Shown here piece after piece: positions 56,524 to 64,000 of a stretch of DNA of 64,000 nucleotides (positions are counted from its first letter, which is position 1; the number at the start of each line of letters is the position of its first letter). This DNA is from Eimeria praecox (lineage: Eukaryota). Position numbers and translations under genes: made by a program. The stretch covers positions 2,418,001 to 2,482,000 of the forward strand of contig OY986948.1 in assembly GCA_963920595.1 (NCBI GenBank). The letters run 5' to 3'. A model generated the notes under the pieces. That model ran no database searches and was not told where the DNA came from. It saw only the letters and a list, made by a program, of their open reading frames with translations.

Positions 56524-58502
56524 GACCCAGAAGAGCAAGCAGACAAGGAGCTGAGAAGAGCCTTTGAGAAAGCAGTGAGCAGTTCGGCGCAGAGCAACGC
56601 CAATGCTGTGGACAGGCCAGCAGATGCACCATGCGCAGCTTAAAAAGGAGCCTTGTACCGTTGCCAAGGGTGTTAGTAGGATGCTCGGCAAGATTGAAGG
56701 ACACGCCCATCGAAGTCCAAAACCTTCTCCGCGCGATTCCGATTCTTCACGCCAGTTTCGGGCCCGGCCATCTCGTAAATTCCGCCTTCTCAATTCACTT
56801 CAAATTCCATCCTAATGGACTAACAACTCAAGCTGAAGCGGTACGATCCTCCGTCTGATAGTAATGCAGCCACTAGCTGGTTTATATAGCCGAGTTCCTC
56901 AGTACACCAATGCACTGAGGCGATATCAGCGTTACTTCGAGGCGCCACAAGCACCTTCAACTGTTTTCATATGATGCTGCAAAACAACATACCTCCTGAA
57001 GGGCCGAGCAGAATTACCATGATGACCGTTGCACAGACTCTTGCAGATGAGGCGAACAGATCCCTGCTCAGTCATCGGCTCAGCATCACTGCAATATCAC
57101 CGCACCTATCAGAACTGAATCGTCACCTCAACTTCTGCAAGCAGAGCATCTGCACGAAAAGGACGCTGTTAAAACATCGCACTGCGACCCTTCACCGGCA
57201 GAGCAGCGTACCTTCAACTGAGTGGTGAACGATCAACGGCATCGTCGATGGTTTGAAACCCCCTCTCTGCTGCTGCCATATATGCGCAGGGGCGCTAGAT
57301 CAACATTAGTGGCGCCTGCAGCCCAATGTATTATACCTTTCTACTCAACTGGCGCAGCTGAGGCGGCCATGCAGGCGCGCTACTAGGATTCCGCCCTTAG
57401 TGCTGTCAGTGCTGTCTTTTGTTCTACTGATCCAGCTTACTATCTGTTCTTCATCCCCTTACGCACGATAGCGAACGGTAGAGCGATCCTGCGGATCGTG
57501 GGAAGGGTAGCAGCAACACTGAGATGGGCGCTGTTTATATTTGTCGGGCCCGCAACACTGCTGCCTGCAGAAGGTCCAGCCCCCCAAGAAAGCATCGCTA
57601 ACACATGCCAGCGGCACGTCGGACACGCAGGACGGCCAAATACAAGCCCTCGTCGCCTTGCAGAGTTTCTAAAGGTCGCACAGATTCGCACAGTACACAC
57701 GGACGTGGCACCCAAGGACTAGTGGGCAGCCCACACGATGCCCATTCCTGTCCGTTGGTTGCTTTGCAAGACGAAAGGCATGTCCTTGTCCTGTGATGCG
57801 TCAAGCAGAGAAGCTGAACGAGCATTTAGCAAAGACCGCACAAATCAAACAGATGCCCTACACCTCAGCTGAGACACACTGGAAACTGAGCTCTCAATTC
57901 CCAGGGATCCTTTGGCCAAATCGCTAACGCGTACAAAGCCTAACAGCAGGGCCTGACTTTCCTTGGAATGCCTTTGAGTTGTGCATTGTCCAAACGTGCC
58001 ACGTAATCATCTTAGATCAATTACGCGGGAAACCTTGCATTGGGGCTTTTGACCGTCACCAGCAAATATGTGATGAGCAATGCCAGAAGGGGGAGCGCGC
58101 CTACTACCACAAAAAGCTAAATGTCAGCCAAACAATCAAGGGAATTGAGCATCCAGCAACCTCAAGAACAGTGTGTATCTTCCTCTTCTTGAGATCAACC
58201 GGCGTGCAAGTTGTATGTTGCCCCCTACCAATCCTCTCAAAATAATCCTACAGCAGCCGCTGTTGTTGTTTACCAAAACTCAGCATGGCCATGACGCACA
58301 TTCTAAACCCTCATTGGACTAGGAAAGCCGCATTCAGTAGCTGACGCGTATTGAAAGCGAACGGGTGCGAAAAAAGACACACCTCCTTGCGTCCAGCCGA
58401 CTTCTGTCGCATGCCTCATCCCAAGCACAAGGCCAACGTAAACCAACGGAAACAGCGGGGAGCATGCTATCGCTAGTCTAAACCCAAATATGCTTGTTCT
58501 GC

Positions 58503-58530
58503 TTCCCTACAAACTATTCCCTACAAACTA
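58503..58530 (+). repeat. Private 14-bp tandem duplication in unit 12
   Basis: ttccctacaaacta occurs twice here and once in other units. Confidence 0.92.
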
Positions 58531-59178
58531 GCACTGAGTCGCTCAAATGGCTCACCAAGCAATACGCTAGAAGCAAGCTAAATCGCAAAACGTACAACTG
58601 TTCCATACCGCCTACAGTGGTCCCTCCCTAACCCTGGAAAATGCGGGAGCACTCGTCCTGCACAAACAAGTAAATTAGCTTGCATGTAAGAAGCCTCAAA
58701 TCGGGGGATTCCGCTTGCTCTCGACACTGACGCTACAAGGAAAAGCACTTCTCCACTTCGATAACTGAACCGATGCTCTCGCACCAAACTAAGAGCTCAT
58801 GAACTGTCTGACTGAACTAGCTGACAACTAAGCACGGTGGGATCGAAAACATGGCCAGCAGCTTCCGGTTTGCTGTTTCAAACGGTTTCCGCCCTGCAAC
58901 TAACAGTCAACCAAAGACGGCGGAGGGCAGCAACGTGCAGGAGCTATTCAGCGCCTACTAATCAGTAGGTGATCGTTGCATCTTGCGCATAGCGGCACCT
59001 AGACAAGTCCTCAACCGAAATGGTACAAAATCACTGATTGTTCCAGTTACGGCTTAATCTAAGTGCTTGCTTGCCGCATACGTACGTGCAACCTGCCTTC
59101 AACCTACACGTTTCCCTTAAACAACCAAACGTTCTCGCACATCCTGCATCAGGGCATAGTTCCTACGATAATGACCGT

Positions 59179-59200
59179 GCTTCACACACAAGCTTCACAA
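59179..59200 (+). repeat. Private 13-bp gain (imperfect tandem duplication) in unit 12
   Basis: gcttcacacacaagcttcacaa here versus gcttcacaa in other units. Confidence 0.88.
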
Positions 59201-61746
59201 GCGCTTGCTTGTTCGTCTGATGCCCTCCGGTGCTTCTCCCGTTCATCATCACCTCTCACACAAACATAAAATAAGCAACTTGGCATACTAGCCTGCGTCT
59301 GCTCGCTTTACGGCCGCACACATGTATCGGAACGGCTTCATGGCATCGCACCGCCAACACACCAGGGTAAACAAACTGAAATCACGCAGTTCGGTGTCAC
59401 TTTCTGAGCACCTCAGCTCCACAACACCATGCCCGACAGAGCCTTAGCACTGGCTGTGAACAGGCAGGCATTAGCGGTAGGGGTGTTGCACAGACAAACT
59501 CTACAAAATGAGGCACGCCCAGATTCTGCCTCCGATTCTGCCCTGCGGCATTGTACAGGTGACAAACTACAAGGCCATCAACCAACAACGCTAAAGCCAC
59601 CCTGAGCTCCGACTCTGAAAATATCTGCTGCCAAAGTTGGACAAGCCACACCCTTGTTGCGGCCGCCGAGCGAGATCACAATTTGCTGGCTCTGCAATGC
59701 ATCTCGCTCTTGGAAAATCGCAAGTGACCTATTTGTCAACAGCTGAGGGAACAACCGCCCTTTACACTTAACAAGTCCGCAAGTGCCCGACTGAGGAGTT
59801 TTGTATGCGTAACACGCATGCGACCCTTTGAGATTTGGCCGGGCACCTGCGGAGACTTGACTCACAAGCTGCGTCCAGTGCCTCCAAGTAACATCTGACC
59901 CGAAATTAAGCTGTTTACCATCTCGTCTGAGCCACTAAATTCGCAGGCCCAGCCGTCGCTATGAGGAAATCCTGCTGCATGGATCCGCACTAATTATGCT
60001 TCGCCTTGGACGATTCACAACACTTGCGCACCTGCCCTACCAACGCGCGTGTATCAACGCCCGCCAGGCACACCAGGGTAAACAAACTGAATCACGCAGT
60101 TCGGTGTCACGTTCTGAGCACCTCAGCTCCGCAATACCATGCCCGACAAAGCCTTAGCACAAGCTGGTTCATCAAGCCACAGGCACACACACGCACATGT
60201 ATGCCAAGCAAAGCTCACACGCCAATTGGTGCAACTGCAGGAAATAGACCTGGCTTGACAGGCACCAAAACGCTGCCGCATATAAGCAGGAAATCCCGTT
60301 ATGCACAGGTAGGTATATCATGCGCAGCAAAGCTCGCTTCTCCAATGCTTGCGATCCCCTTTTCGCATAGATGCCTGCGAATGAGCTGGTCAGAAATCGA
60401 AGGGTCAAGCTGAAATTTAGGCTTGCCTTCAGGAACTATCTACTCTGAACTAGGACCGCAGCCCTCACCTCACCACAATGCAGGTTATAGAGGCTGCCCA
60501 AACACTGTGGTGACCAGAACTGCATGCTGCAGATGCAATGCCTGATCTTCATGCTTTCACATTGCTTTAGGCTCTGCCTGCATTCTTGAATCCTTTTGGA
60601 ACGATGGCAAATCCGCGACTCCCCGGCTACGTAATGCACGTCACCCGCTCCAGACACCAACTCACGCTCTACAGTAACACAGCATTCGTGTAGGGGCATG
60701 CTCTATCATGTGCTTTGACGTGCGCCCAACCAGTTATGCTTCCAGCGAACCGTTGGCGTTACGCTCAGCAGATGAAATCTACACCCATATCTCATGTACT
60801 CTCCATCCAAGTCGTCGAAGACGCCTTGGGCCAACCATCACGAAACACATTAACACTTGTGAAGGTACAGGCACTTCAACGTATAACTAGGCATATAACT
60901 AAGCATCGTCCAGTCAGAGATGCATGCAAAATAAGGGTACGCAGCAGCGCTCGGAAGAAAAGAAAACCCATTGTGACAGGCTATGCCCTGCCAGATTTTC
61001 GTTAGACCCTAACTCCTGCAAAGCTGCGCCGCAAAGCCTATCAGGCGGCATGCTGAGATTCTCTACAAATCCTTGTGCCTTCATCGCTGGCACACCAACT
61101 CACCATCCGCCAAAATAATGCAGGGCAGTCTTGCAGAGATCGGCTGCAACTCCCAGCTTTACCATGCATCGCAGTTTGCAACTCACACAGCCAACCAACC
61201 AACCAACCAACGGGATAAACGCAAGCACAAATTGCGCCTGCTTGAGCCCTGCAATGCCGTCAGAGCATGCGTCCACACACTCGCTGTAAGGTCAGTCCAA
61301 GCTATGCGTCATGAAAGCTATCGCCAGGTTGTTGGTTCGTCCTCAGTGCCGCATGTTTATATCCGTTCGCACAAGAGCGACAAACGGTATTGAGCTGAGC
61401 ATGAACTAGCGGACTGTACGACCCAAAGCGTCATATCCTCCACTTCCACTGCTAGTCGTGCACAAGGCCTTCTTAGTGGCGGGATCTGCTATGGCCGAAC
61501 GCCTGCCAATAATGGAGGTAGAAATGAGTTTACACAATTGGAACGTGCCCAGCGTCCCGCGCAAGCCATTATTCATAGTGGAAGGCACGAACAAACAATG
61601 CTTGCGACCAAGTCACAGTGTCGCCTCCAGGGCCCTTCACAAGTCAAAAGTGAAGGGCACTAGTAAGCGGATTCGTGCTTCCTAGAGCTACCAAGGGCCG
61701 CCTTGCTGTGAAGCATCGTAGTGAGCGACTTCCACTGTAAGTTGCC

Positions 61747-64000
61747 GACCCAGAAGAGCAAGCAGACAAGGAGCTGAGAAGAGCCTTTGAGAAAGCAGTG
61801 AGCAGTTCGGCGCAGAGCAACGCCAATGCTGTGGACAGGCCAGCAGATGCAGCATGCGCAGCTTAAAAAGGAGCCTTGTACCGTTGCCAAGGGTGTTAGT
61901 AGGATGCGCGGCAAGATTGAAGGACACGCCCATCGAAGTCCAAAACCTTCTCCGCGCGATTCCGATTCTTCACGCCAGTTTCGGGCCCGGCCATCTCGTA
62001 AATTCCGTCTTCCCAATTCACTTCAAATTCCATCCTAATGGACTAACAACTCAAGCTGAAGCGGTACGATCCTCCGTCTGATAGTAATGCAGCCACTAGC
62101 TGGTTTATATAGCCGAGTTCCTCAGTACACCAATGCACTGAGGCGATATCAGCGTTACTTCGAGGCGCCACAAGCACCTTCAACTGTTTTCATATGATGC
62201 TGCAAAACAACATACCTCCTGAAGGGCCGAGCAGAATTACCATGATGACCGTTGCACAGACTCTTGCAGATGAGGCGAACAGATCCCTGCTCAGTCAGCC
62301 GCTCAGCATCACTGCAATATCACCGCACCTATCAGAACTGAATCGTCACCTCAACTTCTGCAAGCAGAGCATCTGCACTAAAAGGACGCTGTTAAAACAT
62401 CGCACTGCGACCCTTCACCGGCAGAGCAGCGTACCTTCAACTTAGTGGTGAGCGATCAACGGCATTGTCGATGGTTTGAAACCCCCTCTCTGCTGCTGCC
62501 ATATATGCGCAGGGGCGCTAGATCAGCATTAGCGGCGCCTGCAGCCCAATATATTATACCTTTCTACTCAACTGGCGCAGCTGAGGCGGCCATGCAGGCG
62601 CGCTACTAGGATTCCGCCCTTAGTGCTGTCAGTGCTGTCTTTTGTTCTAGTGATCCAGCGTACCTCCTGTCCTTCATCCCCTTACGCACGATAGCGAACG
62701 GTAGAGCGATCCTGCGGTTCGTGGGACGGGTAGCAGCAACACTGAGAGGGGCACTGTAAATATGTCTCGGGCCCGCAAAACCGCTGCCTGCAGAAGGTCC
62801 AGCCCCCCAAGAAAGCATCGCTAACACACGCCAGCGGCACGTCGGACATGCACAACGGGCAACGGCAAGCCCCCGTAGCCTTGCAGAGTTTCTAAAGGTC
62901 GCACAAATTCTCACAGTACACACGGACGTGGCACCCAAGGACTAGTGGGCAGCCCACACGCTGCCCATTCCTGTCCGCTGGTTGCTTTGCAAGACGAAAG
63001 GCATGTCCTTGTCCTGTGATGCGTCAAGCAGAGAAGCTGAACGAGCATTTAGCAAAGACCGCACAAATCAAACAGATGCCCTACACCTCAGCTGAGACAC
63101 ACTGGAAACCGAGCTCTCAATTCCCAGGAATCCTTTGGCCAAATCGCTAACGCGTACAAAGCTTAGCAGCAGGGCCTGACGTTCCGTGGAATGCCTTTGA
63201 CTTGTGCATTGTCCAAACGTGCCACGTAATCATCTTAGATCAATTACGCGGGAAACCTTGCATTGGGGCTTTTGACCGTCACCAGCAAATATGTGATGAG
63301 CAATGCCAGAAGGGGGAGCGCGCCTACTACCACAAAAAGCTAAATGCCAGACAAACAATCAAAGGAATTGAGTAGCTCGCAACCTCAAGAGCAGTGTGTA
63401 TCTTCCTCATCCTGATATCAACCGGCGTGCAAGTTGTATGTTGCCCCCTACCAATCCTCTCAATATAGTCCTACGGCAGCCGCTGTTGTTGTTTACCAAA
63501 ACTCAGCATGGCGATGACGCACATTCTAAAACCTCATTGGACTAAGAAAGCCGCATTCAGTAGCTGACGCGTATTGAAAGCGAACAGGTGCGAAAAAAGA
63601 CACACCTCCTTGCGTCCAGCCGACTTCGGCCACATGCCTCATCCCAAGCACAAGGCCAACGTAAACCAACGGAAACAGCGGGGAGCATGCTATCGCTAGT
63701 CTACACCCCAAATACGCTTTGTTCTGCTTCCCCACAAACTAGCACTGATTTGATCAAATGGCTCACCAAGCAATACGCTAGAAGCAAGCTAAATCGCAAA
63801 ACGTACAACTGTTCCATACCGCCTACAGTGGTCCCTCCCTAACCCTGGAAAATGCGGGGGCACTCGTCCTGCACAAACAAGTAAATTAGCTTGCATGTAA
63901 GAAGCCTCAAATCGGGGGATTCCGCTTGCTCTCGACACTGACGCTACAAGGAAAAGCGCTTCTCCACTTCGATAACTGAACCGATGCTCTCGCACCAAAC
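61747..64000 (+). repeat. Unit 13 (partial, truncated by the window end)
   Basis: First ~2.25 kb of the unit; its length class cannot be seen. Confidence 0.97.

Larger units (their letters stand above)
56524..61746 (+). repeat. Unit 12 (5223 bp, long class, longest)
   Basis: Insert at ~60069-60162, private 14-bp and 13-bp gains, and a 4-bp gain in the CAAC run. Confidence 0.97.
1..64000. repeat. Tandem array (macrosatellite-like) of a ~5.1-5.2 kb unit, ~12.4 direct head-to-tail copies, open at both window ends
   Basis: The window-start anchor (gacccagaag.., with 1-nt variants) recurs at 1, 5108, 10216, 15322, 20516, 25708, 30814, 35920, 41026, 46133, 51327, 56524 and 61747. The ORF track repeats with the same period, and no unique spacer lies between copies. 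Unit boundaries are arbitrary (phase set by the window start). Confidence 0.99.

Noticed and set aside
1..64000. CRISPR array, rDNA or histone cluster, poly(A) retroposon array, or prokaryotic operon
   Set aside because: There is no short repeat-spacer structure, no conserved rRNA or histone sequence, no poly(A) junctions, and no long ORFs.

Overview
The whole window is one head-to-tail tandem array (macrosatellite-like) of a complex ~5.1-5.2 kb unit. It holds 12 complete copies plus a partial 13th, all in the same orientation, and the array runs off both ends. I found no recognisable protein-coding gene, rRNA, tRNA, snRNA, CRISPR array or transposase/RT. All ORFs are short (<=194 aa), overlap in several frames, often start at non-ATG codons, and are broken by stops or frameshifts in some copies. 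The sequence looks like eukaryotic non-coding or decayed DNA, but I cannot identify the organism or the origin of the unit. The supportable signal is the array's internal evolution: two length classes caused by an 87-bp segment copied from elsewhere in the unit, left/right subfamilies, patchwork exchange tracts between distant copies, and partial 2-unit and 6-unit higher-order periodicity. A minus-strand spliced transcript and a Helitron-like origin are weak, testable hypotheses only. The sequence alone does not demonstrate a new functional system.
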